A program made the position numbers and the translations under genes. A stretch of 64,000 bases of DNA from the NCBI GenBank assembly GCA_977017575.1, contig CDRNVI010000020.1, positions 62,001 to 126,000 on the forward strand, written 5' to 3'. This DNA is from Paramoeba atlantica. Its lineage: Eukaryota; Protista; Discosea. The notes beneath the pieces were generated by a model. It worked only from the letters and a program-made list of their open reading frames with translations. It was not told where the DNA came from and did not search any database. Below, piece by piece: positions 42,727 to 54,185 of this stretch (the stretch's first letter is position 1; each line of letters opens with the position of its first letter).

Positions 42727-44406
42727 ATGCCTTCCCCCACCCCCTCTCTTCGCCTACGCCCCCATCCCACCCTCCCCTCCCCCTCCGGCCCCCTCCTCCT
42801 CGTCATCCTAGACGGTGTCGGGGTCGGTCCCGGGGACGCCTACGATGCCATCCACCTCGCCTCCACCCCCACCCTCGACCGTCTCCTCGCCCACCCCACC
42901 CGTAGCACTACCGTAAAAGCCCACGGGGTCGCTGTCGGTCTCCCCTCCGACAACGACATGGGGAACAGCGAGGTCGGGCACAACACCATGGGTTGTGGCC
43001 GCGTGATCCCACAGGGGGCGACCCTGGTGAACCACGCCCTCACCCACGGCACCCTGTGGCACAGTCACGGGTACGACCACTTAAGAGTCGCCTTCCAAGC
43101 CCCCGGGGCCACACTCCACCTGATCGGTCTCCTCAGCGATGGCGGTGTGCACAGTCACACGAGACATCTGTACGCTCTACTCCGACAGGCCCACGCGGAT
43201 GGGGCCACGAAGCTGCGGCTCCATGTGTTGTTTGACGGACGGGACGTGCCCGACCACACCGCGGAGAGCTACACGGAGGAACTCGAGGAGGTGCTGCGGG
43301 AGTTCCCGGATGCCAAGATCGCCTCCGGTGGGGGGCGGATGTATGTCACCATGGACCGGTATGAGGCGGATTGGGGGATTGTGCAGCGTGGGTGGGATGC
43401 CCACGTGCATGGGAACGCGCGGGCGTTTGGGAGTGTCCCGGAGGCTCTGGAGACATTTCGAAGGGAGAATGCGGCGAGTTCGGATCAGTACCTGCCTCCG
43501 TTTTGTGTGACGAATGAGGAAGGACCGGTGGGGCGGATTCAGGATGGGGATGCGGTGCTGTGTTTTAACTTTCGAGGAGATCGGGTACTGGAATTGTGTC
43601 GGACGTTCTCCAGCGATGCCTCCTTTGATAAGTTTGACCGTGGTGTAGTCCCGAAGGTCCACTTCGCGGGTATGATGCAGTATGATGGGGATATGCGTAT
43701 CCCGGAGTACTACTGTGTTCCCCCTCCGTTGATCGAGCGCTCCAGTGGGGCGTACCTCGCGGCCAGCGGGGTGCGTCTGCTTGCGTGCAGCGAGACTCAA
43801 AAGTTTGGTCACGTGACATATTTTTGGAACGGCAACCGGAGTGGGAAATTCTCGGCTGATTTGGAGACGTACGTAGAAATCCCAAGTGACTGTTGTGTGT
43901 TTAACGAAAAGCCCACAATGAAGGCGGCGGAAATTTGTGGTGTTGCCGTCAACGCGCTACGAAGCGGGAAATACGATCTTGTGCGAATTAATTTTGCGAA
44001 TGGTGACATGGTGGGGCATACGGGAGACATGGCTGCCACCGTGGCAGCGATGGAGACCGTTGACAAGGTATTGCATGAGCTTCTTGACTGTGTCGAGGAG
44101 GTAAAAGGCTCCTTTCTTATCACTGCTGACCATGGCAATGCAGACGACATGGTTCAGAGGAACTCGGATGGTACTCCAAAGATGTATCCGAATACCGACA
44201 AGGTTATTCCGCTTACGTCACACACTCTTGCGCCCGTGCCTGTCCTGATTGGGGGACCGGCACTACCTGATTTTGTCTCATTGAGAGGCAACCTCGAGAA
44301 AGCGGGACTTGCAAACATCACAGCTACCTTCATAGAGATGCTCGGATTTGAAGCCCCTGAAGATTATGAATCTTCATTGCTAAACCTTAAAAAGCCTTCT
44401 GAGTAG
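42727..44406 (+). CDS. iPGM: 2,3-bisphosphoglycerate-independent phosphoglycerate mutase (trypanosomatid/plant type)
   Basis: LDGVG, DMGNSEVGH, LLSDGGVHSH, DGRDVP, GGGRM..TMDRYEADW, ETQKFGHVTYFWNGNRSG, NGDMVGHTG, TADHGN and TSHT. Confidence 0.98.
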   Translation: MPSPTPSLRLRPHPTLPSPSGPLLLVILDGVGVGPGDAYDAIHLASTPTLDRLLAHPTRSTTVKAHGVAVGLPSDNDMGNSEVGHNTMGCGRVIPQGATLVNHALTHGTLWHSHGYDHLRVAFQAPGATLHLIGLLSDGGVHSHTRHLYALLRQAHADGATKLRLHVLFDGRDVPDHTAESYTEELEEVLREFPDAKIASGGGRMYVTMDRYEADWGIVQRGWDAHVHGNARAFGSVPEALETFRRENAASSDQYLPPFCVTNEEGPVGRIQDGDAVLCFNFRGDRVLELCRTFSSDASFDKFDRGVVPKVHFAGMMQYDGDMRIPEYYCVPPPLIERSSGAYLAASGVRLLACSETQKFGHVTYFWNGNRSGKFSADLETYVEIPSDCCVFNEKPTMKAAEICGVAVNALRSGKYDLVRINFANGDMVGHTGDMAATVAAMETVDKVLHELLDCVEEVKGSFLITADHGNADDMVQRNSDGTPKMYPNTDKVIPLTSHTLAPVPVLIGGPALPDFVSLRGNLEKAGLANITATFIEMLGFEAPEDYESSLLNLKKPSE

Positions 44407-44761
44407 GGAGATGGTTATGAAACGGGAGAATATCATGGGCGTACGATTCTGGATTTCAAATCCAGAATCATTTGGGAATCTCAAATCATTTGGGCATGTG
44501 CTCTGGGCTAGTTTGGGCCTGCGAAAACAGTTTTGCTATTCCTAATGGAACGAAGCTGTAGTGCTGTTGTAAAAGTAGATTATTGTAGTATTGAAGATAA
44601 TTAAATTGTAAAAGTCTTTACGACACGTTTTGTGGGAAAAAATACGACATGCTATTTGTAAAGAATGAGGTAGCGTGTAAAAAAAGAGAATAAAACAATA
44701 AAAAGGATTTAACAGTTTGTTAATCGTTTTTGGACACTAGTAACTGCTGTCATATGAATCA

Positions 44762-45370
44762 ATGCCTCAAGATATTCCACCCTTAGCGCACCCGTTAGGA
44801 GACCGATCACGCCGAGTCCTACCTGTATTTCGCTCTAGCTTGTGGGAAAATGATGGACGCTTTGGCACAAAAGTGACCCGAGAAGCACAAAAAGTGTTAC
44901 GAGGCGGAAAGCCCAGCAGAGCGCATGTTTCACCCACCTCGAGCGAAAAGTTACGGACAGCGAATGTTCTACCTAAGAGCCAGATGCATTCCATTGCTCG
45001 TAATAGCGATAGTCGACGATTAGCACACGAAGCGGACGAAGAACTAAAAGAGCTTCCAGTTCTTGCACAAACGGTTATAGATGCAAAAAATAATACTGTT
45101 CACGCAGCGAACATTAATATCACAAGTCATAAAGAATCTTTGGCTTACCAATGTCCACCAGACTCTCAATCCGCTTGCTCCAGCGCCGGGGAGAAAATTC
45201 GATTGCGACGTACTCAGATGAAAGTAGTTTGGCGCAAAGGAACAGCGAATTCTGAAGAGGAACTAGAAAGAATGGAGGCTGCTCGCACTCGGATAAGATC
45301 CCGTGACCGTAGAGAGGAAGACGAAATACGAAATATAATAGAAGATGCATTGAAGCGGAAAGCAACGTAG
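44762..45370 (+). CDS. 202-aa basic hypothetical protein
   Basis: ORF co-oriented within the gene cluster. Charged C-terminal helix; no motif recognised. Confidence 0.6.
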   Translation: MPQDIPPLAHPLGDRSRRVLPVFRSSLWENDGRFGTKVTREAQKVLRGGKPSRAHVSPTSSEKLRTANVLPKSQMHSIARNSDSRRLAHEADEELKELPVLAQTVIDAKNNTVHAANINITSHKESLAYQCPPDSQSACSSAGEKIRLRRTQMKVVWRKGTANSEEELERMEAARTRIRSRDRREEDEIRNIIEDALKRKAT

Positions 45371-46172
45371 TTGCTACTGCATTTTTGGAGGTACAAGGCA
45401 GTTACCCCGTTTCCTTTTCAGAAGATGCAGTGTATACAATTTCAGAAAGTGCAGTGTATTAGGGGGAACGAAGATGCAACATTTGCTTTCTAGAAGATTC
45501 GGTGCGGTTTCGGTGCGGTCTCGGGTGGTGTACCCGCAAGCTTTCTTTTGTGGTAGATCTTGTAGCTCACCGGTTCCTTGCACTTGAGTTGCGCGTGCAG
45601 CCGGAACACGACGGTTCCGATGCCTGGCTCCTGTATTTCGCTCATGGTCGTGCCTTGTGCATCGGGTGGTATAACCGAATCTAAAAGATTCGTTTGTTGA
45701 TATTTTTATGTGCACGCTGTTTAATTTGTTATCATCGTGTAAGATACACGTGTATTCTCTTAAGCGTCCATCTTTGGAGAAGAAAAAAGTTAAAGAGAAA
45801 TGGAAATTCGATTTTTTAATACAGATTAGGTTCAAGGAAAGAATTAGTAATTTTACGCGGTTAACACGGTTTAAATTCACACAGTCTGAATTCAAACGAA
45901 TTTGATTCACACAGTTGGGAGGATAAGGAGATCCTCCTTAGATTTGCGAGTAGTATACTCACTAGCCTCAAATGTTTTATTAATTGTCTCAGAAACTACG
46001 CTTTACCGCTTACTTTTATTTCTAAAATTTAAACATTTTTGCTGACATTCTTTTTTTTTTTGGAAATTCGAGTACCCCCCACTTATAGTGCCGTATGGCC
46101 AAAACTCGCGGCACACAAGTTGGGGCACAGTAAATTACTGTAAGCCTGCGGCAGTGATTCAACATTAACATA

Positions 46173-46488
46173 CTGTGACTCCCCCTTTATACTTCGCTGG
46201 TCAGACCTCCCCTTTATACTTTGTTTTTTGTGTGCCCCCCCCCCGAAGGGGGGACGATTTTTTTTAATTTTCGTAGTTTTTCATCTTTTTTTACAAATAA
46301 ATACAAGAACGTTCTAAGTCTTCCCTTCTAGAAATGGAAGGTGATATGAAAGGAAAGACAGGAAAACTGGATGAGCCGCGCCGCGAAGCAGCGCGGCTTT
46401 CTTTATACAGCGGGGAAAAAATTCAGACCCCCCCCTTTATACTTTGTTACTGCTCAAAATGGGCGAAGTATAAAGGGGGGGGTCACAG
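46173..46488. mobile_element. MITE of the CTGTGAC family
   Basis: TIR CTGTGAC.CCCCCTTTATACTTCGC, TA on the left and AA on the right. Matches 15877-16075. Confidence 0.85.
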
Positions 46489-46739
46489 AATATAGAAAAT
46501 CCTTTTCAAAAAACTTGGATATTACCGTATATCTTTTCAGAAGAAATATTTGATTACCCACTGGAATTTTGTAATTAGACTAGAATTGTACGTTCTAACC
46601 TTTGGATTTTTTTGTTACACATTACTTTTTCCATGACCCTATACACATTTGTACTGCTTCGCACTAGCAGGTCTGTCTTGACGGCGCCCTCTCCAGAAGT
46701 ATACCACTAACATTTCAGCGGAACCTTTTTTATTGAGAA

Positions 46740-48827
46740 ATGAGACCACCTTGCGTACCGTTTAAGTTGAGAGGACCCAATTTACGATCTTTGCGACCCC
46801 TAGGCGAGAAGTCCGTACGAAAAGGATCTTATTCCCAAATCCGAAATTCGGTTCTCAAAGACCGCACATTAGCGTCTATGCTTTTTTCCCAATCGCGTTG
46901 TTCAGGAGCTCGGCTGTATTTTCTGCATCACGCATGTTGTGCTTTCGACTCTGCGCTCCACGTGCTACAGTGGTTCCGTGCTTATGATTCCCCTTCAGAT
47001 CTTACACAGAACTCCACAAACAAAACGGTCCATGCCTTTTCTCGTTCTTTCCCCCCCTCTACCCCCACCGCCCCCCAGCGCGTCCGCCACACCCGTTGTG
47101 TCGGTGGTTTTACCCCCGACGAACTCACCTACGTATGGTGTCACCACGCCCCCTATGCCTTAGCCCACAGCATTGCCCGCAACATACGGCACCACCCCTG
47201 GATGGCCCTCCCCTGGACCACGTTCAACACCCCATCCATCCTACGCCTCTCCCTGGTGAGTGCGCTGCGGTGGCAGCCGCGGCTCGCACCGCACACCCCC
47301 GCGCGTGACACCCGAAGCCTTCGGGGTCTCACCGCCGCGCTGTGTCTGCTCAGTGGGTGTGACGCGCCCTGGGTGCGGCACCAGCTCGGGTGGGTGGGGG
47401 CGCAGCCGTACAAAACAACGCTGGAAGCCCACGAGATGCGGCCCTATTTCACCCGCTGCGGGGTTCAGTTTCTACGCACCATGGGGTACGGTCGGGGGGA
47501 GGAGACGTTGGATGCGGTGGCAACGGCCAATGTGCTCGTACTCGGGGAGCCTACGAATTTTGTGACCTCACTGCGGGCGTTACAACACCATTCGGGTTTG
47601 CGCATGCATAGTTCGTTTATCTTGTCCTACATGACGTGTTGGGGCCTGAAGGAGAGTGACTTTACTTGTTTAGTGGACGGAAAGGTCGATAAAAGTACTG
47701 CTGAACAAATAGTAATGCACGCCTATGAGATACATGAGATGCATTGCGATGCCACCGATGCGTATGATGCCTTTGAAGCCTGGAATACTGAAATGTATGG
47801 CATTGTTTTGCAAGCGTACTACGTCCTTGGAAAAATAGGCGACGCTTGGAAATTTATCCTGCGCGCCATTTTTGACCGAGAATTGTTACTTCCGGCCCAC
47901 TGTCTATGGATCGCGTTAGATATGAGAAACCATCTCTCACCACCGGAGCCGTACATTGCTGAAGCCGACTACGTAAGAGTATTGGCACACGTGTACGGAA
48001 GGTATATTTTGAAAGAGCCTTCGGTGGCGTATACGGAAAGAGAAGTCCGCGTTCTAGCCAAGCTTGCTGAATGTTTAACGAATCTTTCAGTCGTCTTTAG
48101 TAGTCACATGGGGTTAAGCGCAACACGCATTTTGCAACTTTGGTTCCAGGCCTTGCGGAACCGTTGGCCTACACAAGAAGTGAGAGACAGCTCGGATGAT
48201 AACTCAACGTCTAACGTTGGCAAAGCGGAGGATACGATGCAGTACTCATCACATAATTGTGCTCTCTTCGTCGCTCGCCTTCTGGCCTTGTGCATGGCTT
48301 CCGGAAGTGAGACGGACTGTGAGCGTGCCGTGAATGTGCTTGCCGAGATTGGCATTTGTCGTCAAATACACTCGTCCGCCAAAATTTTGATCTTTCTTCT
48401 AAAGTCCGGCTGGATTCGTCTCACTGTGGCAGTGTATGATTGTGTCCCAAAGAGAGAGCGAGACACTCTTCTTCATTTATTCCATTTAGAAACGCTTGAA
48501 AGACTTTATCATGCACTCTCTCAGTCGCTTCGACGTGAGGAAGCCGTGCGCGTCCGAGATAACATACTGCAGAGGCGAAAACGAGAAAATCGTCCTTCAG
48601 CGGTGGCCAGTACGTATTCGCGCAACTCCTCTCAATCTTCTGCACCTCATTGGCTCTCAGTAAAATTTCAAGACGTATTACCCACCCCAGATGACTTAAA
48701 GGCAAGTAAAATGACAGAAAATGTGAATCCTGATCGACCCCTAGGACACAAAGTGTCTTCCACGACGCACTATACACCGCAGGATGAACGAGCTTCGACA
48801 CGTGTTGCTCGAGAAAATAACGTTTAA
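46740..48827 (+). CDS. About 650-695-aa hypothetical helical protein (true start uncertain)
   Basis: Long ORF in the co-oriented cluster showing the host C-to-G skew signature. Confidence 0.7.
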   Translation: MRPPCVPFKLRGPNLRSLRPLGEKSVRKGSYSQIRNSVLKDRTLASMLFSQSRCSGARLYFLHHACCAFDSALHVLQWFRAYDSPSDLTQNSTNKTVHAFSRSFPPSTPTAPQRVRHTRCVGGFTPDELTYVWCHHAPYALAHSIARNIRHHPWMALPWTTFNTPSILRLSLVSALRWQPRLAPHTPARDTRSLRGLTAALCLLSGCDAPWVRHQLGWVGAQPYKTTLEAHEMRPYFTRCGVQFLRTMGYGRGEETLDAVATANVLVLGEPTNFVTSLRALQHHSGLRMHSSFILSYMTCWGLKESDFTCLVDGKVDKSTAEQIVMHAYEIHEMHCDATDAYDAFEAWNTEMYGIVLQAYYVLGKIGDAWKFILRAIFDRELLLPAHCLWIALDMRNHLSPPEPYIAEADYVRVLAHVYGRYILKEPSVAYTEREVRVLAKLAECLTNLSVVFSSHMGLSATRILQLWFQALRNRWPTQEVRDSSDDNSTSNVGKAEDTMQYSSHNCALFVARLLALCMASGSETDCERAVNVLAEIGICRQIHSSAKILIFLLKSGWIRLTVAVYDCVPKRERDTLLHLFHLETLERLYHALSQSLRREEAVRVRDNILQRRKRENRPSAVASTYSRNSSQSSAPHWLSVKFQDVLPTPDDLKASKMTENVNPDRPLGHKVSSTTHYTPQDERASTRVARENNV

Positions 48828-49097
48828 GATACCACACGTGTTTTTATTTCTTCCTTAAAAAAACTTTTTCTTAGAACTCCTAAGTTAGAAAAATGTTTAA
48901 AGAGCACACAAAGGATACACGTTATGTTCATTTTTGTTGTGTTTTTTCAATTTGTTATGTTTTTTTCAATATTTTTGTTATGTTCATTCTTATGCCATTC
49001 TACCCAACACTACTACCCGCTTACTTTCATAAATCCGTTTACACATTAGCCAATTTTACATCCGATAATTTTATCTTCACCTCACCCCCTTTTTTCC

Positions 49098-50699
49098 ATG
49101 CAACCCGGCTTTGTCCAATCCCCCAACGACGTCCTCCGTCTCGGGGCCACCGAAGAAAAAGGCGAGCACGCGAAACTCTCCAACATCATGGGTGCCATCA
49201 GCGTAGCGGAGGTCGTGAAATCCACACTCGGGCCTAAGGGGATGGATAAGATTCTCCAAAGCACCGACCGGGGCGCAGGCGTGCGTGTCACCAACGACGG
49301 GGCCACCATTCTTCGCTCGCTTCATATCGACAACCCCGCAGCGAAGCTTTTAATCGACACCTCAAAAGCGCAGGACGAGGAGGTCGGGGATGGCACCACG
49401 AGCGTCACGGTACTTGCCGGGGAGCTGCTACGACGCGCCGAGCGTCTCCTCCTTGAACAGTCCATCCACCCCCAGACCGTAATCGAGGGGTTTCGCATCG
49501 CCGCCTCCGTGGCAGGGGACGCGCTGAAGAGTGCCGCAAAGGATAACGCAGACAATGAGGAAAAGTTTCGTGAGGATTTACTCCGCATTGCCCGCACGAC
49601 ACTCAGCTCCAAAGTGGTGTCACTCGCCAAGGAGCATTTCGCCCAGCTCTGTGTGGACGCGGTGCTGCGACTGAAAGGGTCGAACAACTTAGAGATGATT
49701 AATGTGATCAAATCCCTCGGGGGCACGCTGACGGATTCCTATCTCGAGCCTGGGTTCCTGCTGGAGAAGAAAGTGGGGATGGGACAACCCCGGGTGCTGG
49801 AGGAGGCAAAAATTATGGTCGCCAACACCTCAATGGATGCGGACAAGATTAAGGTTTTCGGGGCTAAGGTACAGGTGGAGAGCGTCAGTGCCTTGGCGGA
49901 AATCGAAAAAGCAGAGAAGCAGAAAATGAAGAACAAGGTAGATAAGATTCTAGCGCACGGCATTCATTGCTTTATTAACCGTCAGCTGATTTACAACTAC
50001 CCCGAGGAGCTTTTCGCCCAGGCAGGGGTGATGGCGATCGAGCACGCGGACTTTGAGGGCGTGGAGCGACTCGCCAAGGCTCTGGGCGCGGACGTGTGCT
50101 CCACCTTTGATAACACCGAGGGGGTAACGTACGGCTTTGCCAAGCGGATTGATGAGGTTATGATTGGGGAGGACACGGTAATCCGATTCAGTGGGCTACG
50201 TGCGGGGGAGGCGTGCACGGTGGTCTTGCGGGGCACCTCACAGCATATTTTGGATGAAGCTGAGCGCTCTATTCATGATGCGCTGTGTGTGCTGTGTCAA
50301 ACCGTACAAAGCACGAAAACTGTCTTGGGCGCCGGGGCCAGTGAGATGCTCATGTCAACAGCGGTGGAGAGCGAGGCACGGCGAACTCCAGGGAAGAAAG
50401 CACTCGCAATGGATGCTTTTGCGGAGGCGCTGCGAATGCTACCGATGATTATTGCGGAGAATGCGGGTCTGGATAGTACGGAACTCATAACGAAACTTCG
50501 CGCCGCCCACACAGAGGGTCGACACAACATGGGACTGGACATCCAAACAGGCGACATTGCGGACGTGATGGAATCAGGTATCTTGGAGTGCTACAAAGTG
50601 AAGGACAGTGTGTTGCGTCTCGCGGCCGAGGCGGCCGAAGTGTTGCTGCGGGTAGACACTGTCATGCGTGCCACTCCCCGTCAACGATCAGATTATTAA
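49098..50699 (+). CDS. CCT2: T-complex protein 1 subunit beta
   Basis: [57 protein letters not shown] and [13 protein letters not shown]. Confidence 0.97.
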   Translation: MQPGFVQSPNDVLRLGATEEKGEHAKLSNIMGAISVAEVVKSTLGPKGMDKILQSTDRGAGVRVTNDGATILRSLHIDNPAAKLLIDTSKAQDEEVGDGTTSVTVLAGELLRRAERLLLEQSIHPQTVIEGFRIAASVAGDALKSAAKDNADNEEKFREDLLRIARTTLSSKVVSLAKEHFAQLCVDAVLRLKGSNNLEMINVIKSLGGTLTDSYLEPGFLLEKKVGMGQPRVLEEAKIMVANTSMDADKIKVFGAKVQVESVSALAEIEKAEKQKMKNKVDKILAHGIHCFINRQLIYNYPEELFAQAGVMAIEHADFEGVERLAKALGADVCSTFDNTEGVTYGFAKRIDEVMIGEDTVIRFSGLRAGEACTVVLRGTSQHILDEAERSIHDALCVLCQTVQSTKTVLGAGASEMLMSTAVESEARRTPGKKALAMDAFAEALRMLPMIIAENAGLDSTELITKLRAAHTEGRHNMGLDIQTGDIADVMESGILECYKVKDSVLRLAAEAAEVLLRVDTVMRATPRQRSDY

Positions 50700-51004
50700 A
50701 AGGTGACACACAGTGGGGGGCGTTTGGTGGTGGGATTCCATAATATGGACTAATCGATATCAAAGGTCAAGATAAAATCCAATTTATATGGTTCAACAAA
50801 GTGCGCTTGATATTTTTACTTGTCGAGTTTTGATGATTTTATTGCCCTAAAAACAATTTCTAAGTGGTCGAAATCGGCTTTACCGGCCAATATTTCAACA
50901 TTAAACATTATTCTACCCCATTCTTACAAAATCTACAATTTCTCATAAAAGCAAGAAACCATGTTTCTTATCAATTTACTTCACTCCACCATGTAGACGA
51001 CCCC

Positions 51005-52258
51005 ATGCCTACCCGCATCCCCTACCAACCCCATTTCTCCCCTCTCCTTAAAAACGCCGAAATATGGCGTCTCAGCCCCCTACGTAACCGTGCCGGCCAT
51101 CTCTGCTGTGGTCCCCGGCCTCTCATCCTGCTCTCTACCCTCACACCCCCCAATTCCCCCCCTCTCTTCGGGACCTCTCTCTCCTCTACGCTAATCCAAC
51201 CCCCCTACGCCCACCGGGATGGTGTCGTTTCCCTTTTTCTTAATTCAAATTTCGCGTTATCTGAAAACGCAGATTGCGTGTTGGCTCTTCTCGACGCCCT
51301 CCGTGTGGACTGGGCCCATCTCCTGGGCTACGGCCCCGGGGCACTGCTCGGGGGTTATCTCACATGGCGTGCCCCGGCCCGGGTAGGGAGTGTTACCCTG
51401 GTGGACAGTGGCCTCACAACAGCGGCGTTGCAACACAATCATCGCATTCGTAAGAACATCGTCGAGTGGAGTCAAAACCCGAATGTGTCCATGGGGGAGT
51501 GGAGAGCGCTGTGGGGCGCCCAGGATGCAGCCGAGTGGGAAGGGGTGGGTGGGGATGGGGAGAAAGGGGGGTACTTCCCGAGACAACGAGAGCAGAGGAG
51601 CCGGGAGTGGGTCGCGAGGCTGTTTAGAGAGCACGCAGCGGAGGCAGAGGAGGCGGCAGCGCAGGGGAGGGTGTTGGAAAAGGAGGATAGGATTCCGGAG
51701 TTGTGTAGAAGGACGGGAGAGGTGCAGCAGAGGTTGGAAGAAACCTACTTGAGTGCGGAAAAAATTGGACTGATTCGGCATCCTGTACAGCTTATTGTAC
51801 CTGGCCTGGAGCCTACGCTGGACAAGCCTGCCGTGGCACTGCATAAAAAGTTGCTGAATGTAAGAAAAGTAGTCACAGTAAAAAACGTAACGCATGAGAG
51901 GATGATTCAGTGTTTGACTCAATCCGAAAACGAGACAACAGAGGAGGGGAAGAAGAGCGCTGAAGAAGGTTCCTCGTCTGGTGTTAATGTAGAAGAGAGG
52001 ACTACTGAAGATAGGGCTACTGCACCGCCCACCTCTACGACTACTGCGGATGCTGTTTTACACCAAGTAGCTCTGGCAATCTCTCAATGGGTCGCCCAGT
52101 ATGACCCCATGACACACATACGCAAACGGTGGGAAGAGATTCGCTCAGAATATGCAGCCGCAGAAGCCCCCGTTGTCACGGAGGAATTATCCGAAGCGGA
52201 AATTCGACAAAAGCGAAAAGAAGAGAAGCGTGCAAAAAAAGAACGCAAAGGAAAATAA
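51005..52258 (+). CDS. Alpha/beta-hydrolase-fold protein, probably non-catalytic
   Basis: LLDALRVDWAHLLGYGPGALLG...PARVGSVTLVD follows the hydrolase nucleophile-elbow pattern, with G in place of S. Confidence 0.7.
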   Translation: MPTRIPYQPHFSPLLKNAEIWRLSPLRNRAGHLCCGPRPLILLSTLTPPNSPPLFGTSLSSTLIQPPYAHRDGVVSLFLNSNFALSENADCVLALLDALRVDWAHLLGYGPGALLGGYLTWRAPARVGSVTLVDSGLTTAALQHNHRIRKNIVEWSQNPNVSMGEWRALWGAQDAAEWEGVGGDGEKGGYFPRQREQRSREWVARLFREHAAEAEEAAAQGRVLEKEDRIPELCRRTGEVQQRLEETYLSAEKIGLIRHPVQLIVPGLEPTLDKPAVALHKKLLNVRKVVTVKNVTHERMIQCLTQSENETTEEGKKSAEEGSSSGVNVEERTTEDRATAPPTSTTTADAVLHQVALAISQWVAQYDPMTHIRKRWEEIRSEYAAAEAPVVTEELSEAEIRQKRKEEKRAKKERKGK

Positions 52259-52490
52259 CTCTTCTCTGAAATATTACCCGCATGGTAACTACACCCAGTT
52301 ACCCAGTTGTGTATACAGTTTTATGTCATTATGAAGAGCACTTTTTGTGTGATTGTAATGAGACAATAAACTGCTTATGATGAGACATGCTGCTATGTAT
52401 AATGAGACATAAACTCAGTAATTTACGTACGAGACTGTCATACTTGTATTTGTGTATTACTTCATCGTTTTTATACTCGCATTTCTTCTC

Positions 52491-52943
52491 ATGCTCTCAA
52501 CGCGTATACTGAAAGAAACTCTAGAGCTCCAGTCGGATCCCCCACCCGGCGTACTTGCCTCTCCCTCGGCACTGAACGCACGCCACTTTTCCGTTATTAT
52601 GACAGGACCCCCTGACTCCCCGTATGAGGACGGCAACTTTCTTATGGAACTGTTTCTCCCTGCGGAGTATCCGATGTCTCCACCCCAGGTACGTTTCCTC
52701 ACTCCTATTTACCACCCCAACATTGACCGTCTCGGCCGAATTTGCTTAGATATCGTGAAAGACAAATGGAGTCCGGCTTTACAGGTACGCACGGTACTCC
52801 TGAGCATTCGTGCTCTCTTGAGCGCTCCCAACCCCGACGACCCCCTCGATCAAGAGGTTGCGGCGTATTGGAGAAATTATCCAGCGGAAGCGTTACAGAA
52901 GGCAAAGCAGTGGACATTGCGACATGCGCAAAAGTCACTCTAG
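52491..52943 (+). CDS. UBC13: Ubiquitin-conjugating enzyme E2, UBC13/UBE2N type
   Basis: [60 protein letters not shown]. Confidence 0.93.
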   Translation: MLSTRILKETLELQSDPPPGVLASPSALNARHFSVIMTGPPDSPYEDGNFLMELFLPAEYPMSPPQVRFLTPIYHPNIDRLGRICLDIVKDKWSPALQVRTVLLSIRALLSAPNPDDPLDQEVAAYWRNYPAEALQKAKQWTLRHAQKSL

Positions 52944-53706
52944 ATATGCGAACCGGAAGCCTAATCCGGTGCATTAGGGAGTTATGTCCATTGGTAGTAC
53001 AATATATGTGAACACATGGAATAGCGTTCCGAGTAGCAGGTCATGCATGTATTCTCGATCTCGATATAGGACTCAAAGACGTTTTATTGATCACGTTTCA
53101 ATGAAAACTCCAATGAAAGTAATCTGCAAATTTACATTAAGGGGGTCTAAAGTGTATAAAGAATATTTAAGTTTGGAAAATAATAGCGCATTTCAGATAT
53201 CTAAGTTCATGTTGAGGGCTTTATATTCATATTGTCGAAGGCTTTATATTGAAGGCTACTTGTATACTTGAGCTTTGGAGTTGTTTACTGTTCAACTAAC
53301 TATTCCTTTCCTAAAGCACTGACTCACAAAAATGACAAATCTTGGTTGTTGTGTTCGTATTATACATATTATAAAACGTCGGCACGTCAATTCTGTTTTA
53401 GAGGCTTGCATGAGAGTATAAGTGTATAATTTTTATTTAATTTTATACTAACCTGTTCATATTAGCTACTGCATGATGAATTTTCTCTCATCCGTACGTA
53501 TCGACCATGAGTTCTCATTAGATTTGCTACTGAAATTTATTTTACGGAATGCAATAAGTTTAAAGTTAGTTTTAGTAAGTTTAAAGTACTGTGCATTTCT
53601 TTCCTTTTGACATGAGGACATTCTATATCATTCTGCTGAGTTACTATCACAATGATAACTTTCACATTGACATCTGAAAATAGGTTATGTATGCTAAATC
53701 TTTCTG

Positions 53707-53731
53707 AATACTCCAGTAATACTGGAGTATT
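53707..53731. repeat. Perfect 12-bp inverted repeat with a 1-nt loop
   Basis: AATACTCCAGTA-A-TACTGGAGTATT. Confidence 0.85.
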
Positions 53732-54185
53732 ATTGGAAATGAATGAGTTTCAACGTATCTGTTTTCTGCTTTGAGTGCTCTCGACAAAAACACATTTTCT
53801 ATATTTATAGTTTTTTAGTATGTTCTTGAGGAAGCAAAGGAGTTCTTTGTGAAAGCACGTCGAATTTGTTGTTAAATTTTTTAGTTCGTATTCGAAATAT
53901 GAACTTTGTAAATTTGATGCCCTTCTATTCTATTCCAGTTGACATCTGCAGCTCTTCTTTCTTCATACCAAGTTCAGTGAAATTACATGATAAATCATCG
54001 TTTATTAAATCATACGTTTCTTATGGGAAGGAAGATGTCTTTGAAACAAATAAACTCGTATCATGATTCGATATACTTACTGTAAACCCTGCATTACGAG
54101 CTTATAACTTATAACAAAACTTATAACATGCCAGGTAATTTATTGCGCTCTTGATTCTGCTGCGAACAAACACTTTTTATGAGCA

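Noticed and set aside
45374-45910. 178-aa minus-strand ORF
   Set aside because: It opposes the gene cluster, has no motif, and overlaps a degenerate transposon-end-like sequence at about 45500-45540.
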